This document shows, one piece after another, positions 51,846 to 61,775 of a DNA stretch of 64,000 bases. A program made the position numbers and the translations under genes. Under the pieces are notes generated by a model. It did no database searches. It saw only the letters and a program-made list of their open reading frames with translations, and had not been told where the DNA came from. Source of the DNA: an uncultured Thiothrix sp. (lineage in GTDB: Bacteria > Pseudomonadota > Gammaproteobacteria > Poriferisulfidales > GCA-002705445); the NCBI GenBank assembly GCA_902559815.1, contig CACEJE010000002.1, forward strand, positions 6,265-70,264, given 5' to 3'. Positions within the stretch are counted from its first letter, which is position 1. Each line of letters opens with the position of its first letter.

Positions 51846-53009
51846 TTACCTTATTGAGCTATTTATGCTTTTTTTATAAACATCTCTATATATTCTAAAA
51901 ATAATAGCGATAGATATTATTGAAGCAAGATAATTACTACCACCATAGCTAAATAAAGGGAGAGACAAGCCCTTGGTTGGCGCTATACCAAGGTTAACAG
52001 ACATATTCAAGAATGCTTGCATTGATATGAAAATGCCTATTCCATAGGCTAAATAACCCTGAAAAAATAATCCTACCCTAATAGCTTTGTTTCCAATAAA
52101 AAAACATTTTCTTAAAAAAAAGTAGAAAAGAAAAACTAAAAAAATTATTCCAAAAATACCTAATTCTTCAGCAAGAATAGCAAATATAAAATCAGTATGT
52201 GCTGCTGGTAAAAAAAATAATTTCGATGTGCTTGCGCCTAAACCTTTTCCAAAAATACCACCACTTCCAATAGCCATAAGGGAATAGCAAAGGTGGTATC
52301 CACTTTCTAAACCACTAGAGAAATAATTTTGACAAGGCTCAAAAATATTGAATCTTGATAACATATAAGGCTTTAGATGGACCAATATAAAACCAGAAAG
52401 CACACCAAAAAAACTAAGAATAATCAGATGTATAGTTTTAGCTTTAGAAATAAAAAGCAATATCAAAGTCATTATAAAAATAATTGCTGTTGAGCCGAAA
52501 TCTGGCTGCCTATATAAAAAAAATGCTGCAAAAATACAACATATAATAGGTATAAAAAAGTATTCTAATTTTCTCATATTATTTTTATTGAAATCTAAAT
52601 ATGCACATAACCATATAATATATAATACCTTAAAGATTTCTGAAGGCTGAATATTTAAAAAGCCATAGCTTAGCCATCTAGTACTTCCGCCTGCTGTCTT
52701 ACCAAAAAACTCAACCAAAATTAATAAAAGAAAAGAAATATATAATAAAAGTTTATAATTTTTTTTTAAAATTTCTGTAGTAAAAAAATATATGAAAAAT
52801 GAGCTTAAAATTAAGCTAAAAAATAAATGTCCTATTTGTCTATACAAATAATAAAATGGTTGGTTATAATTTTGTGTTGACAGTTCTATTGAAGAAGTTG
52901 TAAGTGCCAATAAGCCAAATAATATAATTGTTATTATTAAAAAGAAGAAATTTAAATCAAAAAAAGGTTTAATAATATTATTTAAATCATTTCTTTTATC
53001 ACTTTTCAT
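51846..53009 (-). CDS. ftsW: SEDS-family peptidoglycan glycosyltransferase FtsW
   Basis: 387-aa polytopic SEDS protein (QPSE..K; LP..HTDFIF) located between murD and murG. Confidence 0.9.
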   Translation of the reverse strand: MKSDKRNDLNNIIKPFFDLNFFFLIITIILFGLLALTTSSIELSTQNYNQPFYYLYRQIGHLFFSLILSSFFIYFFTTEILKKNYKLLLYISFLLLILVEFFGKTAGGSTRWLSYGFLNIQPSEIFKVLYIIWLCAYLDFNKNNMRKLEYFFIPIICCIFAAFFLYRQPDFGSTAIIFIMTLILLFISKAKTIHLIILSFFGVLSGFILVHLKPYMLSRFNIFEPCQNYFSSGLESGYHLCYSLMAIGSGGIFGKGLGASTSKLFFLPAAHTDFIFAILAEELGIFGIIFLVFLFYFFLRKCFFIGNKAIRVGLFFQGYLAYGIGIFISMQAFLNMSVNLGIAPTKGLSLPLFSYGGSNYLASIISIAIIFRIYRDVYKKSINSSIR

Positions 53010-53013
53010 GGCA

Positions 53014-54366
53014 TTACCTATACTCGTTTAATACGCATTTTTTAAAATATACACCTCTCTCTTCATATGAGAGAAATTTATCAAAACTTGAACAAGCAGG
53101 TGATAATATAATATTTAATTCTTTAATATTAGTTTTTTTTCGAACCATTTTTTCTGCAATTTCTTTTGAAATCTTTATAGCTTCTTCTAGGCTATTCGTA
53201 ACAGTTACATTCTTTACTGATGATAATTTTTCAGATAAATATTTTCTTGATTCTCCAAAAATAATAAGATTTATTACTTTCCCTGAAAGTATCGTATTTA
53301 ATTGGCTGTAATTTTGTTCTTTTGCTCTACCTCCTAATAGCAATATAATTTCTTGCTTTATTGAAAGAACTGCAGATATTGTGGAGTCAACGTTTGTAGC
53401 TTTTGAATCATTGATCCAGTTTACAATGCCTTTGTGATAAAACTTTTCAAGTCTATGCTCAACCGCTTGGAAATTCTTTGCAATATTTGCAGCTTCATCA
53501 ATATTTAGATTTAATGACTGTATTATTGCTAATACTGAGCATATATTTAATAAATTATGATTTCCTAATAATTTTACATCATCTTGGCATATTAATTTTC
53601 TATCTCCATAGCAAATAAAATTTTTATTATTAAATTCAACAATACTGAAACTATTATCTTGGGTTGGATCTTTACTTCCAAAAAACAATTTTTTTGGATT
53701 TGTTTGAGGAAGAATATTTTTGTCTGAATTATTTAATATAACATATTCAGAGTTTTCAAAAATTTTATGTTTTATTTTTATATAATTATCAAAAGTTTTA
53801 TGCCTATCTAGATGATCAGGAGTAATATTTGTTATTAGGGCTGATTTACAAGATATTTTATTTGTCATTTCAAGTTGAAAACTTGAAAGCTCAAGAATAT
53901 TATATTCATATTCTTTTTCTAAAAGTGCAAGTGCTGGATAGCCTACATTTCCACCTGCTTTAGCTTTCTTTCCAAGTTTTTTTAATATATATTCAAGTAG
54001 TAATGTAACGGTTGTCTTGCCATTTGAGCCAGTTATACAAATTACATTTTTTTTATTTTGCTCATTAAATAAATCAATATCCGATTTTATGATTTTTTTA
54101 TTCTTTTTTATTTCTTTTAAAAAAATTTTATCTAGATTTATACCTGGACTAACTATAAAAACATCATGATTTTTTATAATATTTACCTCTAAATTACCTA
54201 ATATAATATTTTTTTTATTTACGTATTTTTTAATTTCATCGGTGATTGGCAGATTTTTTCTTGTATCATATGCAATAAATTCTTGATTATTCTTTTTTAG
54301 GTATTTAGCAACTGAAATACCTGTGACTCCAAGTCCTAATATTGCTATTGATGAATTTCTTTTCAT
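53014..54366 (-). CDS. murD: UDP-N-acetylmuramoylalanine--D-glutamate ligase
   Basis: ILGLGVTG Rossmann N-terminus and GSNGKTT P-loop. I place the start at ATG 54366. The ORF-track start at 54462 overlaps mraY by 88 nt and adds non-conserved residues. Confidence 0.9.
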   Translation of the reverse strand: MKRNSSIAILGLGVTGISVAKYLKKNNQEFIAYDTRKNLPITDEIKKYVNKKNIILGNLEVNIIKNHDVFIVSPGINLDKIFLKEIKKNKKIIKSDIDLFNEQNKKNVICITGSNGKTTVTLLLEYILKKLGKKAKAGGNVGYPALALLEKEYEYNILELSSFQLEMTNKISCKSALITNITPDHLDRHKTFDNYIKIKHKIFENSEYVILNNSDKNILPQTNPKKLFFGSKDPTQDNSFSIVEFNNKNFICYGDRKLICQDDVKLLGNHNLLNICSVLAIIQSLNLNIDEAANIAKNFQAVEHRLEKFYHKGIVNWINDSKATNVDSTISAVLSIKQEIILLLGGRAKEQNYSQLNTILSGKVINLIIFGESRKYLSEKLSSVKNVTVTNSLEEAIKISKEIAEKMVRKKTNIKELNIILSPACSSFDKFLSYEERGVYFKKCVLNEYR

Positions 54367-54374
54367 ATATAACT

Positions 54375-55451
54375 TTATCTTAATTTCAATGTTGCTAAGC
54401 CGATCAATACAAGTATAAAACTTATAATCCAAAATCTTACTACTACTTTTGGTTCTGCCCACCCTTTTTGCTCAAAATGATGATGAAAGGGGGCCATTAA
54501 AAAGACTCTTTTTTTTCTATACTTAAATGACAAGACTTGAATTATTACCGATAGCGCTTCTATTACAAAAATTCCTCCCATTATTATTAAAACAATTTCT
54601 TGTCTTACAATTACAGACATTAGTCCTAGTGCTGCACCTAATGATAATGCTCCAACATCCCCCATAAATACTTGCGCAGGATAAGTATTAAACCATAAAA
54701 AACCAAGTCCTGAGCCAATTATAGCTGCAATAAATATAGTTATTTCTCCGGCATCTTTTATATATGGTATTAATAAGTATTCTGAAAAATTTATGTTCCC
54801 TGTTAAATATGCAAATATACCGAATGCTCCGCTAACCAACACTATTGGCATAATTGCTAAACCATCTAATCCATCTGTTAAATTTACAGCATTACTTGCA
54901 GATATAATTACCAGCATTGTCAAAGGAATAAAAAATATACCTAAATCAAAAAAAACATTTTTAAAGAAAGGAATTAATAATTGTTGCTCTTGCTGTGTCT
55001 CGATAAAATTAAACATAACTATAGCAATAAAGCCAGAAGCTATAATTTGTAGAAAAATTTTTGTTCTTGCTGAGATACCTTTACTATTTTTTATTTTTTT
55101 ATAATCATCTATAAAACCAATAACAGCAAAAATTATTGTGGTAAAAATTAAATATAAAATATATTTGTTTTCTAAATCTGCCCATATAATTGTTGATAAA
55201 ATCAAAGAAGAAATTATAAGAAGACCACCCATCGTTGGTGTGCCAGCTTTTTTATGATGTGTTTTTGGCCCATCCTCTCTAATAACCTCAGATAAATCGT
55301 TAATAGAGAATTTTTTAATTATTACCGGCCCAAGTATGAGGGATATAAATAGTGCAGTTATAATACTTAGAATAGCTCTTAACGTAATATATTCAAAAAC
55401 TGCAAATCCAGTATTTAAATTTATAAGATAATCTAATATATAAATTAACAC
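54375..55451 (-). CDS. mraY: phospho-N-acetylmuramoyl-pentapeptide transferase
   Basis: 358 aa with K.GTPTMGG, NA.NLTDGLDGLA, and MAP.HHHFE motifs. Confidence 0.95.
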   Translation of the reverse strand: MLIYILDYLINLNTGFAVFEYITLRAILSIITALFISLILGPVIIKKFSINDLSEVIREDGPKTHHKKAGTPTMGGLLIISSLILSTIIWADLENKYILYLIFTTIIFAVIGFIDDYKKIKNSKGISARTKIFLQIIASGFIAIVMFNFIETQQEQQLLIPFFKNVFFDLGIFFIPLTMLVIISASNAVNLTDGLDGLAIMPIVLVSGAFGIFAYLTGNINFSEYLLIPYIKDAGEITIFIAAIIGSGLGFLWFNTYPAQVFMGDVGALSLGAALGLMSVIVRQEIVLIIMGGIFVIEALSVIIQVLSFKYRKKRVFLMAPFHHHFEQKGWAEPKVVVRFWIISFILVLIGLATLKLR

Positions 55452-55453
55452 TG

Positions 55454-56839
55454 TTAATTACCTCTCTCTCTCTTTTTTAAAAAATTTACGTATTCTTCTA
55501 ATTTTTGATTTCTTGACCCTTTTATAAGTATATACGATGATGGTTCAATATTATTATTTAAATAAGATTTTAAGCTCTCTTTATCAGTAAAATGATGACC
55601 ATTTTCACCAAAAATGCTTGAGGCATACTTGCTATGATTTCCAATACTCAAAAATTTAGAAACACCATTTTTTTGGGCATATATACCTATCTCTTCGTGA
55701 AAATGTTTCGAATTTTTGCCTAATTCAGCCATATCACCCATAAGTATTATCTTATTTCCTTTTAAATCTGCTAAATATGATATTGCAGCTTTAAAAGAAC
55801 TTGGATTTGCATTATAACAATCGTCAATTATAGAAATATTTTTTTTCAAATTATACAATTTTAGTCTTGAATTTACTGAATCAAAGGTTTCTATCTTATT
55901 TTTAATTTCTTCAAACTTTATATTTAATGATAATGCAATAGAGCAAGCGCACGCTGCATTAAGTATATTATGTTTACCATTTAAGTTAATTTTTATTAGT
56001 TCCTTCTTCCCCTTATATTCAATTTCAAAACAATTTTCTTCTCTTGGTGACACTGATAAAAATATTGTTTTATAAAATAAATTTTTTATAATTTTTTTAA
56101 ATTTTTTTCTAAAATTAATACTATAACCAAAAAATATTTTATTTCTCAAATTAATATTATCGCAGTATTTGTCTTCTATATTTATTACAGCAAGACCATC
56201 ATTTTGAATATAATCAAAAATACTGTATTTTTCTTTTGCGGTGTTATTCAATGTTTTAAAGCCTTCTATGTGTGCATAGCCAATATTAGTTACCGCAGCA
56301 ATATTTGGTTTAATTAATTTTGATAAAGGTTTTATTTCACCAAGATTATTTGAACCACATTCAACTATGACAAATTCATCATCATTATTTATAGATAATA
56401 AAGTCAAGGGAACACCAATATGATTATTTAAATTGCCTTTTGTATAACTTATCTTATGATTTGATAATATATGTGCTAGCATTTCCTTAACGGTAGTTTT
56501 TCCATTTGACCCTGTAATTGCAATAAATTTTGCACTACACTTTGATCTAACATATTCACTAGCTTTTTTAAGTGCTTCTAAAGTATCTTTAACTTTAATA
56601 TATGATTTTTTATTTAAGTCTATTGGATTTATTTCTCTTGAAGAAACTATGCAAGAAGATTTCTTTAAACAATCATCAATAAAATCGTGTCCATCATAAT
56701 TTTCACCTTTTATACAAAAAAACACATCACCATTTTTCAAGGTTCTTGAATCAATAGAAAAACCAGATACTAGCATATCATTACCGTACAACTCACCACC
56801 CATAAATCCTGCTAATTCCTTTAAAGAATATTTACTCAT
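55454..56839 (-). CDS. murF: UDP-N-acetylmuramoyl-tripeptide--D-alanyl-D-alanine ligase
   Basis: Mur ligase P-loop GSNGKTT, DCYNANP, and position in the cluster. Confidence 0.9.
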   Translation of the reverse strand: MSKYSLKELAGFMGGELYGNDMLVSGFSIDSRTLKNGDVFFCIKGENYDGHDFIDDCLKKSSCIVSSREINPIDLNKKSYIKVKDTLEALKKASEYVRSKCSAKFIAITGSNGKTTVKEMLAHILSNHKISYTKGNLNNHIGVPLTLLSINNDDEFVIVECGSNNLGEIKPLSKLIKPNIAAVTNIGYAHIEGFKTLNNTAKEKYSIFDYIQNDGLAVINIEDKYCDNINLRNKIFFGYSINFRKKFKKIIKNLFYKTIFLSVSPREENCFEIEYKGKKELIKINLNGKHNILNAACACSIALSLNIKFEEIKNKIETFDSVNSRLKLYNLKKNISIIDDCYNANPSSFKAAISYLADLKGNKIILMGDMAELGKNSKHFHEEIGIYAQKNGVSKFLSIGNHSKYASSIFGENGHHFTDKESLKSYLNNNIEPSSYILIKGSRNQKLEEYVNFLKKRERGN

Positions 56840-58296
56840 TTTTTACTTAATGCTTCAAGCACCTCTTTTTTATCAGAAAAATTTAATACTTTATTTTTTA
56901 AAATCTGTGTTTTCTCATGGCCTTTACCAAAAACTAATATTACTTCATTTGAATAATCTTTTGATATAGATTTTTTTATTGCTTTACGGCGGTCTAGTAT
57001 GACTTGATAATTACTTTTTTTATTTATTCCACTAATAATTTGTTTTGCAATCTCTGCAGGGTCTTCACTCCTTGGATTATCATTAGTAATAATAACTTTA
57101 TTTGAAAATTTATCAGCTATTTGACCCATAATTTTTCTCTTCTTTATATCACGATCACCCCCACAACCAAAAATAGATGTGATATTTCTCTTTGGGAAAT
57201 GTTTTTTAATTGAAAATAAAGATTTTTTTAAGGCATCGGGAGTATGAGCATAATCAATAAAAATTATTGGATAATTTTTTCTCCAATATTTATTTAGTCT
57301 CCCATCAACGGAAACTAACTTACAAAGTTTGCTTGTATATAAGATGAATTCTTTTTTACTTTTCGCTAATATTGCAATTGATAAAAGAATATTTGTAATA
57401 AAATATTCACCGTAGAATGACGTATTAATTTCTTTAGACCCATATTTTGAATTTATCATAAATTTTGTACCATTTTCAGTAAATGATATTTTACTTGCAT
57501 AGAAATCAGCTTTATTATTTTTTAAAGATACTGATAAAGTACTTTTATTACTTTTTACTAAATTATAAATTTTCTTTCCATAATATGTATCAATACAAAT
57601 AATTTTTCTTCTACTAGTATATTCTGTGAATAACTTTAATTTAGCTTGATAGTAGTTTTGCATATTTTTGTGATAATCCATATGCTCTTTTGATAAATTT
57701 GTAAAAATAACCGTATCAAAACTTAAGCCTTCTATTCTTTTTTGAGTCAATCCGTGAGATGAAACTTCTATTGCTAGATTTGTAATATTTTTTTTATTAA
57801 AATTATTCATATTTTTACATATATTAATAATATTTGGCGTGGTTAAATTTTGATTTACTATTCTAGGAAATATTCCGCTTCCAAGTGTTCCAATTACGCC
57901 ACATTTTATTCCATTAAGTTTTAATAATTGTGAAATTAAATTTACAACTGAACTTTTTCCATTAGTTCCAGTTATGCCGTAAATTCTGAAGGAGCCGATA
58001 TTTGTATTATAAAATTTTTTTGAAATGTTTGACATTGTGCTGCTAATATCATCTACACCATAAAACAAACATTTATTTTTAAATTTTTTTATATTTAGAG
58101 ATTTATTTTTTTCATATATTATTAATATAGCACCTTTTTTTATAGCTTCAATAATATATTTTTCTTTTGAGTTTTTTGAACTTTTAAAAAAAAAAATATA
58201 ATTTTTTTTTACATTTCTACTATCCTCACTTAATCCTGAGATATTAATATCATTATTCGATAAATTCTTATTATTAATAAGATCTATTAATTTCAT
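56836..58296 (-). CDS. murE: UDP-N-acetylmuramoyl-L-alanyl-D-glutamate--2,6-diaminopimelate ligase
   Basis: GITGTNGKS P-loop, a DNPR motif (TNDNPRSEDP) consistent with meso-DAP specificity, and position in the cluster. Confidence 0.9.
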   Translation of the reverse strand: MKLIDLINNKNLSNNDINISGLSEDSRNVKKNYIFFFKSSKNSKEKYIIEAIKKGAILIIYEKNKSLNIKKFKNKCLFYGVDDISSTMSNISKKFYNTNIGSFRIYGITGTNGKSSVVNLISQLLKLNGIKCGVIGTLGSGIFPRIVNQNLTTPNIINICKNMNNFNKKNITNLAIEVSSHGLTQKRIEGLSFDTVIFTNLSKEHMDYHKNMQNYYQAKLKLFTEYTSRRKIICIDTYYGKKIYNLVKSNKSTLSVSLKNNKADFYASKISFTENGTKFMINSKYGSKEINTSFYGEYFITNILLSIAILAKSKKEFILYTSKLCKLVSVDGRLNKYWRKNYPIIFIDYAHTPDALKKSLFSIKKHFPKRNITSIFGCGGDRDIKKRKIMGQIADKFSNKVIITNDNPRSEDPAEIAKQIISGINKKSNYQVILDRRKAIKKSISKDYSNEVILVFGKGHEKTQILKNKVLNFSDKKEVLEALSKK

Positions 58297-58316
58297 TAAA
58301 TTTTAATTTATAGATT

Positions 58317-58448
58317 TTATTCGTTAACTGTTCCACTTACCCATTCGGCTGCAGCTGAAATATCTCTTCCTATCCCATCGACAGTATTGCACCCAATTAG
58401 TAATGTGACACCTATAAAAATTACTCCATAATATATGATATTTTTCAC
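58317..58448 (-). CDS. entericidin A/B-family small lipoprotein (43 aa)
   Basis: Not in the ORF track because it is under 60 aa. GTG at 58448 lies 7 nt after AGGAG (58456-58460). Translation VKNIIYYGVIFIGVTLLIGCNTVDGIGRDISAAAEWVSGTVNE* has lipobox LIGC and the entericidin signature GCNT..G.G.DI. It fills the ftsZ-murE gap. Confidence 0.65.
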   Translation of the reverse strand: MKNIIYYGVIFIGVTLLIGCNTVDGIGRDISAAAEWVSGTVNE

Positions 58449-58476
58449 TTTCAATCTCCTATTTTATAAATTTTTG

Positions 58477-59760
58477 TTAATCGGCTTGTTTCCTTAAAAA
58501 AGCTGGTATATCAAGAAAATCTAAATCGAGCTCACCATTACTGTTCTTTTTATGCTCAATTTTATTATCTTTTGTTTGATTATTTTCAGCCTCCTTTTCA
58601 TTTTTTTCATTTCCGTATTCGTCTTCTTTAGAAAAATTTAGTAAACTTTCTTCATCAAAAGATATATCGCATTCCTCCTTGGCAACAGGGCTTGTAATTA
58701 AAGTTTCCTCTATCTCTTGTGTTTCAATTCTAGATTCTAGAGCGCTATCTTGTAAAACTATGTCAACAACTTGTTCTGGTTTTTCATTTTCTTTATAGCT
58801 ATTATTCATTCCAGTAGCTACGACTGTGACTTTAATTTTATCTTCGAGCTCACTATCAATTGTTGTGCCAACAATTACATCAGCTTCATCTTCGTCAACT
58901 AAACTTCCTATGTGATCTCCAATTATTTTAAACTCGCCGTTAGTTAAACTTCCGTTTGATGTTATGTTTATCAATAGTCCTTTTGCGTTTTTTACATCTA
59001 CATCTTCTAATAATGGGCTGGCTATCGCTTGTCTAATAGCGTCTTCTGCTCGATCTACACCTTCTCCTATTCCACTTCCCATCATTGTTGAACCTGCATT
59101 AGACATAACACTCTTAACATCAGCAAAATCTAAATTTATTTCACCTGGTTTTGTAATTAATTCTGCAATTCCTCCAACTGCTCTCTCTAAAACTGCATTG
59201 GATTGGTTCTTCGCTTCTGATAATGGCATATCATCGTCCGTACAAAGTTTATCATTTGGGATTACAATTAAAGAATCAACCTTATTTCTAAGTTCTTGAA
59301 TTCCCATCTCCGCATTATCCATTCTTTTTTTCTTTTCATACTCCCAAGGTTTAGTTACAACTGCTACTGTGAGAATTCCTAATTCTTTTGCTAGCTCAGC
59401 TATAACTGGTGAAGCTCCGGTTCCTGTTCCACCACCCATTCCAGCAGTTATAAATAACATATCGCAGTTTTCTATAACCTCTTTTAATTTATCTCTGTCC
59501 TCTACAGCTGCTTGTCTGCCTATTTCAGGATCTGCACCAGCACCTAATCCCCTTGTAATATTTTGGCCAATATTACATTTACTGTTGTCGTTAACTGGAT
59601 TATTTTTTAAATCCTGGGCATCTGTATTAACACAAATAAAATCTACACCACTAACCTTATTTTTAATCATATATTCTATAGCGTTATTTCCACAGCCACC
59701 AACACCAACAACTTTTATATCAGCTTTCTGCTCTCTGTTATCTCTTAGTTCAAAAGACAT
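58477..59760 (-). CDS. ftsZ: cell division GTPase FtsZ
   Basis: Tubulin signature GGGTGTGA, T7-loop region NLDFADV, and C-terminal FtsA/ZipA-binding peptide DLDFLDIPAFLRKQAD. Confidence 0.97.
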   Translation of the reverse strand: MSFELRDNREQKADIKVVGVGGCGNNAIEYMIKNKVSGVDFICVNTDAQDLKNNPVNDNSKCNIGQNITRGLGAGADPEIGRQAAVEDRDKLKEVIENCDMLFITAGMGGGTGTGASPVIAELAKELGILTVAVVTKPWEYEKKKRMDNAEMGIQELRNKVDSLIVIPNDKLCTDDDMPLSEAKNQSNAVLERAVGGIAELITKPGEINLDFADVKSVMSNAGSTMMGSGIGEGVDRAEDAIRQAIASPLLEDVDVKNAKGLLINITSNGSLTNGEFKIIGDHIGSLVDEDEADVIVGTTIDSELEDKIKVTVVATGMNNSYKENEKPEQVVDIVLQDSALESRIETQEIEETLITSPVAKEECDISFDEESLLNFSKEDEYGNEKNEKEAENNQTKDNKIEHKKNSNGELDLDFLDIPAFLRKQAD

Positions 59761-61510
59761 TTGCTACCTCCGGGGTTTTTAAAGAATAATTACTTATTTT
59801 TTCAATTTTATTTGAAACTTGTTTTTTATGATCCGATATATTATCTGGACTTATATTTAAAATTCTTAAAGAATCTGTTGCAATTTTTTTAAATACTGGT
59901 GCAGCCACATATCCGCCAAAATGTACTTTAGTTTTTGGCTGATTAACAATAACAACAATAGCTAATTTGGGTTTATCTAACGGGGTTATGCCGGCAAATA
60001 AAGATATATGTTCTTTATTAGAATATTTATCTTTTTTTTGGTTACCTGTGTATAACCTTGCAGTTCCAGTTTTCCCTCCTACTGTATATCCCTCGATTGC
60101 CGCTCTCTTAGCGGTTCCATCTTCAATAACTCTTTTTATTACTTTTTTAACTTGTTTAAATTCATTTTCATATTTTTTTTCTTCATGAATTTGAGTATTT
60201 TCGCTCTTAACAAATTTTGGATTTATTACCAATCCGTCGTTAGCTATGACACTATATGCTTTTGCTAACTGAAGTGGTGTGACTTTAAAAGCATAACCCA
60301 TAGCTAGCGATCTAACATCAGAATTTTTCCATTCACTATAATGTTTTAAAGCTCCTTCAACTTCTGATGGAAAGTTTAAATTAACTTTTTCTCCAACACC
60401 TATATGTTCTAACAATTCGTAAAAAATTTTTTTATTAAATTTTTCTGAAATCATTATGCTTCCAAGATTGCTTGAATTAATAATTACTTCTTCAGTAGTA
60501 AGCCTTCCATAATTTTTATAATCTCTATATATCTTATTTCCAATTCTTTTATAACCAGGAGTTGTATCATAAATATCATTTAAATTTACTTTTTTAGAGT
60601 GAAGAGCTGCAGCTAATAAAAAAGGTTTTATGGTAGAAGCTGGCTCAAGAGCATCAATTATTACTCTATTTCGTGCTCCCTCATGAGTATATGTGCTTCT
60701 ATTGTTTGGATCGAATGATGGATAACTTGCAGATGCTAAAATCTCACCATTTGTTGTATCTAAAATAACTACAGAGCCAGATGCCGCTTTAGAAGAAATT
60801 ATTTGTTTTTTAAGTTCTCTGTATGCAACATACTGTAGTCTTGTATCTATTGTTAACTTTAATTCCTTACCTTCCTGCGGTGTTATTACTTGTTCAATTT
60901 CATCAACAATTTTACCATTTTTATCTTTTACAACTATTTTTTTACCATCTCTACCTTTTAAAATCTTATCAAATGAAAGTTCTATACACATTTGACCATT
61001 ATGATCAAAGTCAGTCATACCAATTAATGAGGCTAACACCTCACCTTCTGGATAATATCTTTTATATTCCTTTATAAAAGTTATACCTGATAAATTTAAA
61101 TTTCTGATTTTTTTTACTTTTTTTATTGGTATATGTCTTGCACTCCTTATATAACTAAATTTTTTATTTTCTTTATTTTTAAGTTCTTTGTAGATACTCT
61201 CAGTTTTTACGTTAAGAATTGTCGCTAATTTTTCTATAGCAACTTTATCTTGAAAAAATTCAGTTGTGTCTGTAACAATCAGGGAATTCATTGGAATACT
61301 TTCAGCTAAAATATTATTGTTTCTATCTACAATTGTACCTCTACTCGTTTTAATAATATGAGATTTAATTTCTCTATCTTCAATTAGATTTGAATATTTT
61401 TTCGTATCTTTATATTGTAAATTAATACATCTAAATAAGATAATTGTTGCAGCAATTAGCATCGCAAAAATTACTATGTCTGATCTATTTATATTTTTTA
61501 AATTAATCAT
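59750..61510 (-). CDS. ftsI: peptidoglycan D,D-transpeptidase FtsI (PBP3)
   Basis: N-terminal TM segment, SxxK (STIKP), SxN (SSN), and KTG (GKTGTA) motifs. Confidence 0.92.
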   Translation of the reverse strand: MINLKNINRSDIVIFAMLIAATIILFRCINLQYKDTKKYSNLIEDREIKSHIIKTSRGTIVDRNNNILAESIPMNSLIVTDTTEFFQDKVAIEKLATILNVKTESIYKELKNKENKKFSYIRSARHIPIKKVKKIRNLNLSGITFIKEYKRYYPEGEVLASLIGMTDFDHNGQMCIELSFDKILKGRDGKKIVVKDKNGKIVDEIEQVITPQEGKELKLTIDTRLQYVAYRELKKQIISSKAASGSVVILDTTNGEILASASYPSFDPNNRSTYTHEGARNRVIIDALEPASTIKPFLLAAALHSKKVNLNDIYDTTPGYKRIGNKIYRDYKNYGRLTTEEVIINSSNLGSIMISEKFNKKIFYELLEHIGVGEKVNLNFPSEVEGALKHYSEWKNSDVRSLAMGYAFKVTPLQLAKAYSVIANDGLVINPKFVKSENTQIHEEKKYENEFKQVKKVIKRVIEDGTAKRAAIEGYTVGGKTGTARLYTGNQKKDKYSNKEHISLFAGITPLDKPKLAIVVIVNQPKTKVHFGGYVAAPVFKKIATDSLRILNISPDNISDHKKQVSNKIEKISNYSLKTPEVANVF

Positions 61511-61775
61511 CTATATATATTAATTTCCTATTTTTAGGTAAAAACATTTTTAAAGATATTTTTGCATTTTCCTCAATCTTGCTATATGAAGCGTAAATAC
61601 CTTGATCAATTCTTGCCTTTTTCCATTCATTTCTTAACTCATATTTTTGATTTGAGAAATATTGCAATTGTCTATGCTGTGATCTTGTCAAATGCTCAAT
61701 CAAAACTATTCCAAAAGAAAAAGCTATATTTGTAATTATTAGAAATCCTATTGTATAAATTTTAAAATTACTCAT
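61503..61775 (-). CDS. ftsL: cell division protein FtsL
   Basis: 90-aa bitopic protein with a TM segment and coiled-coil, located between rsmH and ftsI. Confidence 0.7.
   Translation of the reverse strand: MSNFKIYTIGFLIITNIAFSFGIVLIEHLTRSQHRQLQYFSNQKYELRNEWKKARIDQGIYASYSKIEENAKISLKMFLPKNRKLIYIDD

Noticed and set aside
59369-59782. 137-aa plus-strand ORF, plus similar antisense ORFs (e.g. 62214-62630, 58964-59299, 16297-16620, 54793-55104, 10927-11202)
   Set aside because: These are shadow ORFs antisense to well-supported conserved genes (ftsZ, rsmH, metY, mraY, mreB). Their translations are low-complexity with no recognisable family features.
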